Shown one piece after another: positions 1 to 14,073 of a stretch of DNA of 64,000 nt. The notes below the pieces were generated by a model, which saw only the letters and a program-made list of their open reading frames with translations, was not told where the DNA came from and searched no databases. Location: assembly GCA_951406725.2 (NCBI GenBank), contig OX597829.1, positions 24,552,001 to 24,616,000 of the forward strand, written 5' to 3'. Each line of letters opens with the position of its first letter. Within the stretch, counting starts at the first letter, position 1. This DNA is from Octopus vulgaris. Taxonomy: Eukaryota. A program made the position numbers and the translations under genes.

Positions 1-334
1 CGTCACTGGTGCCAAGCTGTATCGGCTGTTGCCTTTCCCTTGGATAACACTGGTGGCGTGGAGAGGGGAGGCCGGTATGCATGGGCGACTGCTGGTCTTC
101 CATAAACAACCTTGCCTGGACTTGGGCCTGGGAGGGCAAGGCTTCTAGGTGCAATCCCATGGTCTGTGTCGTGACCGAAGGGGGTCTCAGAATTTATAAT
201 GTAGGATGTTGAGTAGTGCATAGACATTTATACTCTTAAATATAATCCGCAACCACATACAAGTGCATAACATTTAAGGTTTATCTAACAACAAGTTGTA
301 CACAGAGAATAAGTGAAAAAGAAAGAAGACATAC

Positions 335-605
335 TTGAGTTTGATTGCAAGCAATGCTAACGATTTTCTTTCCTTCAAAAGCTTGGATAATCGTAGGTTC
401 AGTGAGAGTGATGAAAGATTCTCCAGCCTGCAAACATTCACTTCTTCCCCAACCATAGACTTTGGATTCATCTGTTAAGGCTAAACAACGCACTGAACTG
501 ACAGCAATATCTATCACAACGTTGCCAGTCAGGCCTTCAATTGGTTTAGGGTAACGAACATTCTCCTCTGAACCATGACCAAGTTTGTAGAAATTACCTT
601 TCCCC
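335..605 (-). CDS. HERC2: HERC2 coding exon 12, RCC1 repeats (GKGNFYKLGHGSEENVRYPKPIEGL..IVSIACNQTQ); gene continues beyond the window start
   Basis: Matches HERC2 GKGDNQRLGHGTEEHVRYPKLLEGL. aatcag| acceptor and CAA|GTATGT donor; 271 nt. Confidence 0.95.
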
Positions 606-871
606 CTGATTAAGAAAAGAAAATCACAAAACAGATCAAGTTAGCTTCAAATGATGATGATGATGCTTTCAAATTTTGGCACAAGGCCAGTAATATTGGG
701 GGAGGGGGCAAGTCGATTATATTGACTCGAATGCTCAACTAGTACTTATTTTATCGACTTCGAAAGGATGAGAGGCAAAATCAACCTCGGCAGAATTTGA
801 ACTCAGTATGACAGACGAAATACCGCTAAGCATTTTGCCTGGCACGATAATGTTTCTGCTAGCTCATTGCC

Positions 872-907
872 TTGATGATGATGATGATGATGATGATAAT
901 AATAATG

Positions 908-960
<53 letters not shown>

Positions 961-961
961 T
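872..961. repeat. (GAT)n(AAT)n microsatellite
   Basis: Read directly from the sequence. Confidence 0.95.
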
Positions 962-1410
962 AGGTCAGACATAACTTTGGCACAGAAAGATACTGTAAGG
1001 TGTCTGTTGATCAATGTAACTTGCCCAGGAGACTATTATATCAATGATAAAGAAAATGAGAATAATTGTAAAATATGCAAACTTGAGAATAGATGCAAGA
1101 GATTGTGAAATATGAAAGCAAAAATAGTACCAATTGTGACTGGAGCACATGGGCTGACAACAAAAAGCTTTCAGAGACACCTTGACACAATTGGAATAAA
1201 TCTCAGCATTACAACATTGCAAAACACAACATTTTTGGAAACAGCAAATATCCTGAAGAACGTACTGTCTCTCTGAGGTTACATAACTTGATAGGGAGTC
1301 AAATGATCCAATGTTAACAAGATCATTATTATTTACATAATGTAAATAATGTACATAATTCCTCATCTCTTAAATATAGAACTGTAAGATCATCACTGTA
1401 CAAATGAAGG
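962..1410 (+). mobile_element. R4/Dong-clade non-LTR retrotransposon 3' end (restriction-like endonuclease), decayed
   Basis: RSDITLAQKD..CLLINVTCPGD..KIVPIVTGAHG..TANILKNVL*, resembling RPD..D..P.VIGALG..TA.ILRKVL. Abuts a (TAA)n tract. Confidence 0.75.
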
Positions 1411-2010
1411 ATAATAATTACTTCTACTATAGATACAAGGCCAGCAATTTTGAGGGGAGGGAGCCAATACTTGGAAGATGTTACATTCTATTGACCCCGA
1501 AAGGATGAAAGATAAAGTCAACTTCAGTCAAATTTGAACTCAGAACATAAAGCCAGAAGAAGATTGCTAAGTATTTTGTTTGATGCACTAACAATTCTGC
1601 CAACTTGCCACCTTTATAATAATCATAATAATTCTTTTTAATTTGGGCCCAAGGCAAGCAATTTTGAGGAAAAGGAGATGTCAATTACATCAATCCCAGG
1701 GCTCAACTGGTTTTAATTTTATGGAACTCAAAAAGTTGAAAGGTAAAGTTGACCTTGGTGCCATTTGAAATCAGTAAATAAAGAGCCATAAGAAATTCTG
1801 CTCAGCATTTTGCCTGGTTCAGTAATGATTCAGCCACCTTGCCATCCAAATAATAATACTAATAACAACAACAATAATAAAAACATTTTTTTTAAAATAA
1901 GTGCTATAAAAAAAAATTCAAATTAAATTTTCTGTAGTTTTTATGAATATATCGAAGAAATTTTTGGGTAGTTTGGACAGTGGAATTATAAGTAAAAATA
2001 TAAAGATTAA

Positions 2011-2230
2011 CCCTTTCGTTACCAACCTGGCTGAAACTGGCTCTGGTTCTGAGTACAAATGTCTTGTTTTCATAAGTTTTGAATTAATATCTTCCACCAA
2101 ACCTTAGTCACAATTTATGTTCCTAACACTAGCTGAATGATAACTAAGTTATTTTACTAAATTATTTGTTATAGTTAAAGTAATTGAAAGAAACACAGAG
2201 TATCTCAAAATAAATTCAGTAACAATAGGG
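2011..2230. mobile_element. piggyBac-like MITE family A (relatives near 13540-13940, 50580-50803, 57790-58150)
   Basis: TTAA|CCCTTTCGTTAC ... GTAACAATAGGG|TTAA. Confidence 0.75.
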
Positions 2231-2247
2231 TTAAGAGCAATACTTAC

Positions 2248-2413
2248 CAAGAGTAAACTACACCAAGCCTTGACAAAGCAAGGCAAAATTGTGAGCCACA
2301 AAAGACTCGAACAATATTTTCTGTTAGAGGTTCTACTGGTTTTGGTATGCGAGATTCATTACTGCTTCTTCCACTTTTGTCAGAATCTTTGTCACCCCAC
2401 GTAAAAACAATTC
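2248..2413 (-). CDS. HERC2: HERC2 coding exon 11, RCC1 repeat (GIVFTWGDKD..IVRVFCGSQFCLALSRLGVVYSW)
   Basis: Matches HERC2 GQVWSWGDGD..VVKVRCGSQFSIALTKDGQVYSW. attag| acceptor and TG|GTAAGT donor; 166 nt. Not in the ORF track. Confidence 0.92.
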
Positions 2414-2874
2414 CTAATATGGATAAAAGTATTAAAAAAGCAAAATTAAATGTACACAGTCAATTATAATAATTTCTTCTGACTTGATGTAACCCTAATT
2501 TTCATAAGAAATATAATTATTTTATAGGCAGCAACAATTGCACAAGCAGTTTATAAGGGTGCAACATTCATCACATAGCTTAAAGGCAGCAACAATTACA
2601 TACATGCATACATGTATGCGTGCATGTGCACACACACACACACACGCACACACACAAAAAGAGAATGCTTACTCAGTTGAATGACATATTATAGTTGTGG
2701 GTAACCTAAAGTATTTACTCTTGAGTTATTGATCCTGAATTAATTATTGCTTGAATAATAAATTACTTTGAAATTTGAACTTCCAACATTGCAACCTTAT
2801 AAAGTACTTGTTAATTTTTAGCATTGCTGTAGCTTGGAGCAGTGTGTTATTCATTCTGACCCTACGGTTATCTA

Positions 2875-3438
2875 TTGGGTTGTCCAGAAGGTTCGTGCCG
2901 ATTATTAAAGGAAAGAAAAAGGTCAATAAATATTTGCCATTACATTTTTAATCAACCAAATATGAACCATTTTGTTGCACAATGCATCTCCATCTTTCCT
3001 TTAACTTGAAAATACCCTCTTTCCAGAATTAAGGTGGTTTCATGGCAAAGAGTTCATCAAGGTATCTTTTTACGTCATCCAAGGAATTGAAATTTTTACC
3101 ATTAAGAATACTCTACAGAGACCTGAATATGTAGAAATCCAAAGGAGCGACATCTGGTGAATATGGAGGGTGGGGTAACACATCCCAGCCAAGCTGCAGC
3201 AATTTTTTGTCTGGTTCCCAAAGCATCAAGTGCCGAAAATGAACTTTCTTATCTTCCATTTTAAAGGGTTACAGAATTAACACAGGTTATAGGAACATAA
3301 ACCTTCCACGAAAAGATAGCTTAAACTTTGCTCTAAATGGAGGTGTAGTCAAATCCTATTTTATGGACTCAACCATGTTCTAAAATAAGTCGAAAGGTAA
3401 GCTACTATAAATTGGCACGAACTCTCCGGACAACCCAA
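2875..3438 (-). mobile_element. Internally deleted mariner element with TIRs and TA target duplication
   Basis: TA-ttgggttgtccagaaggttcgtgccgatt ... aattggcacgaactctccggacaacccaa-TA. Internal WDVLPHPPYSPDVAPLDFYIFRSL motif. Confidence 0.9.
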
Positions 3439-4620
3439 TATTCACAGCAAGGTAGATTAGGTCATTTGAAAGCTAAAACGGTTTCCCACAACAAATGCAG
3501 AACTGTATTAAACTAAACTTTGAATTGATCGTTTTGACACAGTTCTGCTCCAACAAATGTAAAGTTACTCATGCCAACAGACAAAGGGGGAATGGGAAAA
3601 GAGAGAGAGAGAGAGAGGGAGAGAAATTAATAGAGGAATAGATGATGGCTGTGTGGTAAGAAGTTTTGCCTCTCAACCACATTGCACCTTGGACCAGTGT
3701 TTTCCATTTTAGCTCAGGGTCTTGTGAGTGGATTTGATAAATAGAAACTGAAAGAAGCCTGTTGTGTACATGTGTGTGTATTTATGCATGCATGCATGCA
3801 CATATGTGTGTTTGTCTACACCACCATTACTGCTTGACAACAGGTGTTGGTTTGTTTACACCCTGGAGTAACTTAGTGGTTCATCAATAGAATAAGTACT
3901 AGACTCTATGAAAGAATTACTGGGATCAATTTCTTCAGCTAAAGCCCTTCAAAGAAGTGTCTCAGCATGGCTACAGTCAAATAGTAGGAGCAAGTAAAAG
4001 ATAAGATACATATATACTATAGGTGCAGATGTGGCTGTGTGGTAAGAAGTTTGCTTCCCAACCAGATGGTTCCAGGTTCAGTCCCACTGCATGGCACCTC
4101 TTATGCTATAGTCCCAGGCTGACCAAAGCCTTGTAACTAGGCTTTGTAAATGGAAACTGAAGGAAGCCTATATGTTTGTATCTTTGTCTCCCACCATGGC
4201 TTGACAATCAGTGTTGATTTGTTTACATCCTCATAACTTAGCAGTCCAACATGAGGACCGGGCTTTAAAAAAAAACAAGACTGAGGTTGATTCATTCAAG
4301 TAAAATCCTTCAAAGTGGCACCCAAACACAGCCACAGTCTTAATGAGTGCAACAAGGTAAAAGGTCCACACACACAGATGCACATAAAAAGATATCCTGC
4401 ATGTAGTGACTATGTTCTACATACACACACATCTGATCCTCTCATCATAGTTGCATATTTCATCATCTCATCTGAAATCCTCACTTTCTCTCATTCATTC
4501 TTCTTTCAGTCATGGAGGCCCTTTAGGTTCTTCAGTCTTGTTAGGGTTCCATGACAAAAGGCAATCACTATACTCTGTAAAGTGATTGGCATTAGGAAGG
4601 GAATCCAGCCATAGGAACGT

Positions 4621-4718
4621 TAAAGTTACTTTTACAAGTCATACCAACTAATAAGGGCCAGTTTCCTAGTAAAGTTACTTTTTCGAGTCATACCAACTAA
4701 TAAGGGCCAGTTTCCTAG
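4621..4718. repeat. Short tandem duplication (about 49 bp, two copies)
   Basis: taaagttactttt..agtcataccaactaataagggccagtttcctag occurs twice in tandem. Confidence 0.85.
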
Positions 4719-5771
4719 TTTCAGGGTGTATATATTTCCCCACCTGGACAGGACGCTGGTCCATCACAGGGTTACTCATCTTTGCCAGCTGAATGAACTG
4801 GAGCAACATGAAATGAAGCGTTTTGCTCAAGAAAACAACACCTCACTCAGTCCAGGAATTGAAACCACAATCATATGATCACAAGTCTAACATGCTAACC
4901 ACTAAGCCATAAGCCTCCACAAAGCAAACATTGGAGCATACACAGTCTTCCAATTCACTGGACCGTGTCATTCCATCCTGTCTGCTCAAAGCCAACATGG
5001 GAAAATGTTAAATGATGATTATGAAAATCACCAAGCTATGACTGATTATGTTGATGTCATCTTTCCTCGTTAACAAATCATCCACTGGGCTTGCACTTTT
5101 GAAGACCTTCAAGTAAGAGATCCCTTACTTGAAAAACAGGCAAAGCTTGGTGACAAGAAGGGCTTCCAACTGTAAAACAATACCTTAATAACATACTTAT
5201 CTAACCTTTGCTGGCATGGAAAAATGGATATACAAACGAAATGGACGAATATGGTAACAATGTTACAGGCACACACACATACACACACACTGAAAATGTT
5301 ACATACCTAGACACACATACTCCCATGCACACAGCTACACAACATCATCATCATCATCATTGTTGCTTGAATGTCCATTTTTCCTTGCTTGCATGGTTCA
5401 GACAGCATTTATTGCAGTAGATATTCTGCAGCCAGATGCTTTTCCTGCTGCCAACCCTCAACCTGATTCTGATTAAGATAATACTTCCTCCATGACTTGA
5501 CATGTTTACATGAAAGACTGGAAGCAAATCATACCACTTGTATGACAATGACACTCACTCATAATTTTCACAAGATGTCAAGACAAGGAGACACAAACAC
5601 ACCTTTCACACATAACAGACATTTTTCAGTTTCCAAGTATAAAAATCCACTCACAAGATATACATACACACACACAAATATACAGTAACAATGTTATACA
5701 AACAGACACCAACATACACACTCCACGTCCTCGCATTGTTGTGTTTTTTTTTTGTGCTTTCATGTTTGGAT

Positions 5772-5808
<37 letters not shown>

Positions 5809-5977
5809 GGCTAACGGGAAGCTTTATGAAAATAGACAAAAGACGAAGGTAGGTTTACGGAAATAAACAAAAGACGAAGGCAGGTGGAATACAAACAAAC
5901 AATTGTATTAGTATGGCGCTCAGGAAATATAAATAAAACAAGTCTTTAATATTTCTATTATATATATATATATTTAC

Positions 5978-6237
5978 CTGTATCAGAAAGAGCAATTGCT
6001 TGTCCTTCTCCAAAGCTGCAGGCAACATCCACAATGCGATAACTCTTGAGGGACAAAACAAGAGTTGGCAGAGACATATCATCACAACTTCCATGTCCCA
6101 AGTGACCATAGTTTCCTTTTCCCCATGTGTACAGTTCTCCATGTGAAGTAACTGCTGCACTGGTTGAGCTGCCACAGGATATATGAGTCACATGATGGCC
6201 AACTAATGCCGAAATCAAGTTAGGTTCTTCATAGGAT
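5978..6237 (-). CDS. HERC2: HERC2 coding exon 10, RCC1 repeats (ISCGSSTSAAVTSHGELYTWGKGNYGHLGHG..)
   Basis: Matches HERC2 [31 protein letters not shown]. 260 nt, phases consistent with both neighbours. Confidence 0.96.
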
Positions 6238-6647
6238 CTACAAGAAACCAAAAGAAAGTGATACTTCAAAACAGCAATGCTACTATATGCTAAGACAAAT
6301 TTGAAGGCTTGTGTACATATGTTTGTGTGTGCATGTATATACGCTTGGTGTGCATGTGTGTTTACATGCATATAACTATGTGTGTGTCCAAGCATGCATG
6401 TATGGGTGTTTCTATACTTGCAAATTGGTAACACGTGTTTGAATGAAGAGAGAGAGAAAGAGAGGGTGCATGTGTGATCTTGGTTTTGTTGATAACAAGG
6501 CAACCTGCTCTGTGTTAGTGTCACAATAAAATACATCCAGTGTCATCATGTGTAGGGGGATTGAACTTGAAACCACACAGCTGAGAAGTAAACTTCACAA
6601 AATCATACAGCTATGTCTATATATCATGATATATAACATGGTAGGCA

Positions 6648-6805
6648 TAGGAGTGGCTGTGTGGTAAGTAGCTTGCTTACCAACCACATGGTTCCGGGTT
6701 CAGTCCAACTGCGTGGCACCTTGGGCAAGTGTCTTCTACTATAGCCTCGGGCTGACCAAAGCCTTGTGAGTGGATTTGGTAGACGGAAACTGAAAGAAGC
6801 CTGTC

Positions 6806-6853
<48 letters not shown>

Positions 6854-7113
6854 ATGTGTGTTTGTGTGTATATATATATATGTGTGTGTGTGTGTGTAAA
6901 TGTTTGTGTGTCTGAGTTTGTCCCCCCCAACATCACTTGACAACCGATGCCGGCGTGTTTACATCCCTGTAACTTAGCAGTTCAGCAAAAGACACCGATA
7001 GAATAAGTACTAGGCTTACAAAGAATAAGTCCTGGGGACGATTTGCTCGACTAAAGGTGGTGCTCCAGCATGGCCACAGTCAAATGACTGAAACAACTAA
7101 AACAGTAAAAGAG
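6648..7113 (+). mobile_element. tRNA-derived SINE with internal (TA)n/(TG)n tract; other copies at 42041-42985 (+, split), 44030-44420 (-), 48490-48890 (-), 49675-50090 (-)
   Basis: A-box-like tggctgtgtggtaag and B-box-like ggttcagtcc. Many near-identical dispersed copies. Confidence 0.85.
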
Positions 7114-7438
7114 TATAACATTTAAACCAGCCATATATGGCCCCAAATATTCTACCTGCTTTTATGTTCAAACTGACCAGATCCAGCCTCTCACACCTAT
7201 TTAATAATGTCCTTCTATAACTAGACACATAACTAACACACATCACTGAAATCTCAAGGCTAAGAGATAATACACGATTAATTCAAAACAATGTGAATAA
7301 ATAAGTATTACATCTTACAGAGCAATCTGAACGCTAAAGTGTTATAGACACATCGTGTTAAAAAACACAACATAGTTCAGAGCTAGGCAAAACAATATAG
7401 CTAACACACACACACATACATACACACATACATATATA

Positions 7439-7667
7439 GGCGGCAAGCTGGCAGAGACGTTAGCATGCCGGGCGAAGTGCTTCGCGGTATTTCGCCCGTC
7501 GCTACGTTCTGAGTTCAAATTCTGCCGAGGTCGACTTTGCCTTTCATCCTTTCGGGGTCAATAAATTAAGTACCAGTTACGCACTGGGGTCGATGTAATC
7601 GACTTAATCCGTGTGTCTGTCCTTGTTTGTCCCCTCTATGTTTAGCCTCTTGTGGGTAGTAAAGAAA
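7439..7667 (+). mobile_element. tRNA-derived SINE with a Deu/Nin-like central domain and LINE-like tail; copies at 17790-18015, 27245-27470, 29090-29580, 43410-43625 and others
   Basis: gagttcaaattc B box. Core gcctttcatcctttcggggtc.ataaattaagtacc resembles the Deu/Nin domain from memory. Tail ..cccctctatgtttagcc.cttgtgggtagtaaagaaa. Confidence 0.75.
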
Positions 7668-10156
7668 CATATATAAATATATATAAATACACACACTAAG
7701 TTGCACTGGTTAAATCAGATGAAGAACATAGCCTACAATTCTTAGAGAAGATGAGGATAATGATGGATGAGGATATTGATCTTGAAAACGAGCTTGGCAC
7801 TATTGCTACTGCTGCTGAAGAAGTTGAACTCAAATGCTTTATATATGCGTCAGTGGTGAACAAAAAAGTTAAAAACAACAACAAAAACCATACCGCCTTT
7901 TCACTTTCTCAAGATTGCTTTAGTTGCAGTCATTTAGGTTATCGCATGGTGCCATCGTGGATCAATTTTTCACCATTACACCATTGCAATTCCTAACATA
8001 CCATATAGTTATTGCAAATTTTGACCTTCTAATTACTGAAGAATACTGATGAACATATCTTTTAAGTTGCTTAGCTAGGAAGGAAGGACAGCGTTTTATC
8101 AAGATCACCACTACTGTTTTAATGTCTACACTTCCATGCTTGCATGGGTCAAATGGAATTTGCTGGGGCAGATTTTCTATGGCTGGATTCTCTCTCTGTC
8201 ACCAACTCTCACCTGTTTCCAAATAAGGCAACTTTTCTCCAAGACCAGTCATTTTTTCATGGAAGACTGGAAACAAAGGACACCATTTGCATGATGGTTG
8301 TTAACATCCACTTCCAATTATTACAAGGCAAAGAGAAAGTTAAACACACACATACACATATGTGATGGGCTTCTTTCAGTTTCTATCTATTAACTCCACT
8401 CACAAGACTTTGGTCAGCCTGGAACAACTCTAGAAGCCACTTGCCTAAGGTGCCACATGGTGGAAATGAACCAGAAACCATGTGCTTGGGAAGCAAACTT
8501 TGTATTACACAACCATGCCTGCATCTATACGATTCTTTTTAGGCCTCCAAAACCTGTGGAGAATGGAGGGAGGAAGCATTCTCAAGCTAGAAATCTGGAC
8601 CAAATAATTGCAACACAAACTATAAGAAAGTGGGAGTGATATTAAGTCAATCTTTTCAAAATAACTTAACCTTTTAGCATTTAAACTGACCATATATGGC
8701 TGGTTTAAATTCTACATGTTTTATGTTCACACTGATCAGATCAGGCTTATCATACTTCCACTAGAATGTAATTCTAAAAATAAGCAAACCATCAAAATCC
8801 AAAAGCTATGAGAAAATGCATGATTCATTCAAAATAAATGTGAATGCATACGCATTGCACTTGGTAGAGTGCTCTGAATGCTAAAGGGTTAAACACTTCA
8901 GAAAATAAAAGTGGTTATGTCTTATATTTTGAGGTATGGTTCAGTGGTTATAGCATCATGAGGTAGTGAGTTTGATCCCCAGACTAGGCTGTGAGTTGTG
9001 TTCTTGAGCAAGTCACTTTATTTCACGTTGTTCCAGTTCACTCAGCTGTAGAAATGAGTTGCAACATCACTGGTGCCTAACTGTATTAGCTTTTGCCTTT
9101 CCTCTGGATAACATCAGTGGCATGGAAAAGGAAAGGTGGTATCCATGGGCGACTGCTAGTCTTCCATAAACAATCTTGCCTGGACTTGTCCTTGGAGGTG
9201 AACTTTCTAGGTGCAATCTTTACCCTTTTGACTCTTGGGGCAGTTTTAACAGGATTCAAGGTTAATGAGCTTTAGCTTTGACCCTCTGTGTGTGCGTGTG
9301 CACATCATTTACATGTGCCTTATATCATTGTAATCATTTTAACATTTGCTTTTCCATGCTTGCATAGGTCAGATAAGACTACATTCATAGAGGCAGAGTT
9401 TTCTGCAGCCAGATGTTTTTTCCTGACACTAACCCTCACCTGTTTCCAAACAAAAGTAATATTTCCTCCAGTCTATTGAACACCAAACAGCTTGGACATG
9501 CAAGCTTTCACAGAGGACTGCAAGTAAACAACACCATTTGTGTGAATGGCAATGGTTTTGTTTACAGCCAACATGCATATGTCAAGATAAGGGCAACATG
9601 CAGTCACCCAGACCCACACAAAGGTACAATAGAGGACATCAGCCAACAGGGTCTACACGCTGGAATTAATCCCCAAATCATGTAGCTCTGAAGTGAACTT
9701 CTCAACCACACAATTACACCTGTATTTATCATAGCCATCACATGCATATGGCATACAAACCCATATACTTCTGATGCATTTGAGCACAAGAATATCTACA
9801 GGTGTGCAAATACCTCTACACTTATATGAATGAATAGAATGAATACAGGTGTATGTTTACATCTTCATGTATATATATGCATATTGGCATGCACATCTGA
9901 ATGTATTCACCATTAAAATATGTAATTGTCAAAAATCACTAAATTGAAGAACGTTGAATATAGTTAAAAATTCTTTAGCAAATCAAATACAACTTTTATG
10001 GTAATATTGATTTTACTTTGAGTGTGTGCATGTACGTGTGTATGTTTGCTTGTGCATGTGCATACAAGAGTGTATTGAATGCAAGCAAGTGTACATCATT
10101 GTGTGTAAACATGCGCATGTGTGTTTCCATATAAAAACATATCCTAGCATACTAAC

Positions 10157-10308
10157 ATGTTGTCTCCATGTCCAAGGCGACCGCCTTCACCAAAACCCCA
10201 AGAAAACACTTTTCCATCACATGTTAGTGCCATGTAGTGGCTTCCTTCAGGACAGGAAGCAATCTTTATGACTTCTCTCTGACCAAAGCCTTCTATAACC
10301 TTTGGGGT
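10157..10308 (-). CDS. HERC2: HERC2 coding exon 9, RCC1 repeat (SHYMALTCDGKVFSWGFGEGGRLGHGD)
   Basis: Canonical RCC1 repeat motif. tttgcag| acceptor and AT|GTTAGT donor; 152 nt. Confidence 0.95.
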
Positions 10309-10865
10309 CTGCAAAAGAACAGAATAAAAGAATGTTGAGTGCCAAAAAAAAATCAAAACAGAAAATTATAATAGTATATGACTAACATTTTTGACTAAAA
10401 ATTCTTTCTTCATATTAAATGTGTATGTGCAAGTATGTATGTGTGTGCATGCACATGTGAAAATATGCATGAATGTTGATATTCCACACATATTGCCATT
10501 TGATCTGATCAAACCAATGATGAAATTGACATTCATTATTGACATTATTTTCAATCACTGTTTTCAAGATCTCTGGAATAAAAAAAAAAAAAGTCCTTCA
10601 CATAAAAAATACATAAGGGTTGATGACAACTGAAAGAGATTTCAGCAGTAAATTCCTGCCTCAAACAACTCTATCTATTCAAGGCTAGTGTGGAAAAACT
10701 GAAGCTAAATGAATGGTCTGAAAAAGGCTAGTAGGCTGAAACTTTGAAGTCACTGTCACCAATATTCTTGTAAATGAATAATGATGACCCTACAAAAAGT
10801 ACTAACATTTCAGTTTAATATTAAGTTGTTTTTAGTGTAACCTGATATAAAAAATAAATGTCAAT

Positions 10866-10930
<65 letters not shown>

Positions 10931-12113
10931 TATGGTTTCAATTGCTGGATGCCCTTCCAAACACCAACTACTGTACCAAGGCCTTTTTTTTTTAAGGCAC
11001 TAGTGCTTCTAAGGTCACCTTGCAACTTGTAAGTTCATAAATGCTCAATGCTGAAAGGTAGAGTATCAGAGAGGGTAGTGACTTTTAGGCAATATGTTGA
11101 GACACTAAAATATGATGGAAGGAACAGGTTTGTTGTTGTGTGAAGGGAGGTTAACAAAAACTATTGAAGGAGGTAATAAATGGTAAAAGAGTGAAGTGTC
11201 AGGAGTTAGTGACAATGAAAGAGAAATGAGGAGAACAGTTGGGTGGGTTGTGTAGGACGGGATTCAAGACTGCCAACAATATATATGGGTGCACCAGAAG
11301 ACTGGTGCAAGGAAGAGAAAAAGATGTTGGTGACAAGGTAGCAGATTGTACCCTCAAGATGGTATGTTCAAGTGGGTGAATAGAAGAGAATACAGTGACA
11401 GAAGGACCAGGAGGAAGTTACAAGAGTGGAAGGCACAAGTAATGGATATAATTAGGAGTGGGGTAGTCATAGATAAATAACCACTGAAGGTGGTCAGCGG
11501 TGAAAAAGGACAATAGTAAGAAATGAAGGATGGAGGACAGTAGGAAATGGCTCATTAGGGAGAGAGTGGTAACTGGCAGTACAGAAAGGTGATGATACAT
11601 GCAGTAAATGGCTTCCACTTTCATTTATAAGAATAGCAGAATGCAGGGTTATGGAGGAATGAGTGGTAGAGGACAAGGTGTGACAGCAGGTGTAAATTTG
11701 ACAGGAACATATTGGGTAAGGGCTCAGATATGTGCACACACATTATGCTTCCAATTCTACCACCACTTAAACACCAATTTGACCATGGTTGCAAATAGGG
11801 TCTTTTTAAGCACTGTAGGTTTCCAATTGCCAATATATATAGCATCACCATCATCATCACTTAACATCCCTTTTTCCATGCTGGCATGGATGGACAATTT
11901 GGGTTGCACCAAAGTTCTAATGTCAGCTTTGGCATGGTTTCTACAGCTAGATGCCTTTCCTAACACCAAGCACTTCAGTGGGATCTGGCTGCTTTTCTTT
12001 TGGAACCAACACTGCTAGATCATCAAATACTTGCAAGGCCCTTCAACTGAGTGGGACGTAGTATTAAAAGATATGAAAGTATGATAGAGGGAGAGGTGAA
12101 TACATGGCTTGCT

Positions 12114-12272
<159 letters not shown>

Positions 12273-12449
12273 GAGGTCAAGATATAAGCTGAATATGAGA
12301 GACAGAATAGGACAGCGGAACAGAAAAGATTGATGTGTAGGCAAGTACACAGGGTGAGTGAGTGAAGGAGGGAGGATTGGAGGAAGGAAGGATAGATCAA
12401 CTCACAAACACACACACACTATAAAATTAAACAGAAGGAAACAACCTAC

Positions 12450-12626
12450 CTGTATTTCAGATGAATAACTGAAACTATAAACTTTGCCAGACTTTGTTAA
12501 AGCTAAAAACATTCTTGATGAACACTGTATCTGCTTAATGCAATCTCCATCATTATTAGAATGTAACTGACTGTTTATCTGTGGTATTGTTGGTGCCCAG
12601 CCCAAAATGTCTTCAAATTCTATGTT
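12450..12626 (-). CDS. HERC2: HERC2 coding exon 8, start of RCC1-like domain 1 (..IKQIQCSSRMFLALTKSGKVYS..)
   Basis: RCC1-blade pattern resembling VTQIACAEKRFLILSRNGRVY. ttttaacag| acceptor and CAG|GTAGGT donor; 177 nt. Confidence 0.88.
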
Positions 12627-14073
12627 CTGTTAAAAAAAAGAAAATGGAAATATAAATTATTATGCTATAAACATTTGAGGAAAATTTTAAACTTAGAAAA
12701 AAAAAATTACTTCAAAAACAAAAAAAAAAGTTGAAAATACATTTTTGATTTTAAAAAGTTTAAAAAAAAGAAATCATTAAAAATGTTTTTTATCACTGGA
12801 ATACTATAGACATGTGATTAGAATATTGCAGGAAAGAATCACAAGCAAGATTCTTCAAGCCAAGCCATCTGGCAGAAGACTGAGGAGGCAGACCAAGAAT
12901 GTGATAGTTGGATAATGGTCACACTTGAGAAAGTCTAATGCTGCTTGTTTCTGACAGGACCCTATGGAGGAGGTGACTGAGAACCCTACCCTCACAACCC
13001 TCCCAAGCATAGTGGGCAAGGAAGATGGATAGATGGAATGAAATAATTAGACAAAACAATAAAATCTTTTTTTTAATGTTAAACAGGAATAAAATATTTT
13101 AAATAACCAGGATAAAATATCTTTACAAACAAACAAAAATAGTATCCCATTCCCATAACAACAAAAGAAATGGAATTAAAATGTCAGCCTGAACAGGGTT
13201 CATGATTCAGGTAAGAATAATGATGACAGGGATGTGATGCATGGTGCTGATGGCAGTAGGTAGTAATGGTGGGTGAAAGGTGAGTGACAGAATTTGTAGA
13301 GTTGTCAATAAAAATACTTTGTGGTATTTATTTGTTAATATCCTTTTATGTTCTATGTTCAAATCCAGATCAAAATTTTTCATTCTTCCTATCTCAAAAA
13401 AAAAAAAGTACTAAGAAAAAGAAACGGTTGATGTAAGCAGCTGTATGCTACAAGATACTGCCCCAGCACCCCCTTTGCATTCAATATAACTAGAAGGGTG
13501 ATGTACCAGAATGCATGGACTAGAACTGTTAGGATATTAAACCTTTTGATACCAATCTTCATGCCAATTTCTGTTCCAAACATTGGCTTAATAATGACAA
13601 AGTTATTTTCCTAAATCTTTCATTATTTTCAAAATTCATGGAAACAAAAGCAGCATATTTTAACAGAAATATCTTTGTCATATGGTCTAGCTTCCAAATC
13701 TTTCCATCATGTTTGTCTTAACCCTCCTAATACCAACCCACCTGAGACCACACCAGGTTCTATGATACAAAATTCCGGTTTTAGAGTGATCTAAATTAAA
13801 TCCTTCCATCAAAATTCATATTAATTTATATTTCAAACACCAGTTTAATAATGGTAAAGTTACTTTACAAAACTCATTATCTTCAAAATTAATTGAAATA
13901 AAGTTAATTTATTTCAACAGAAATATGGTAACAAAATGGTGAAAACAGTTTGTAATAAATTATTGGTTCAAATTAGAATGTTTCTCAGTCATGATTAATG
14001 CTACAATGAGAAATTTTTTTTTTTAATGTTTTTTTTTTTCTTTCTGAAGGTAATTGCATAAAGAAATAATCAC

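Noticed and set aside
6648-6720. tRNA-like A and B boxes
   Set aside because: These are SINE heads in many copies; no complete cloverleaf, so not called as tRNA genes.
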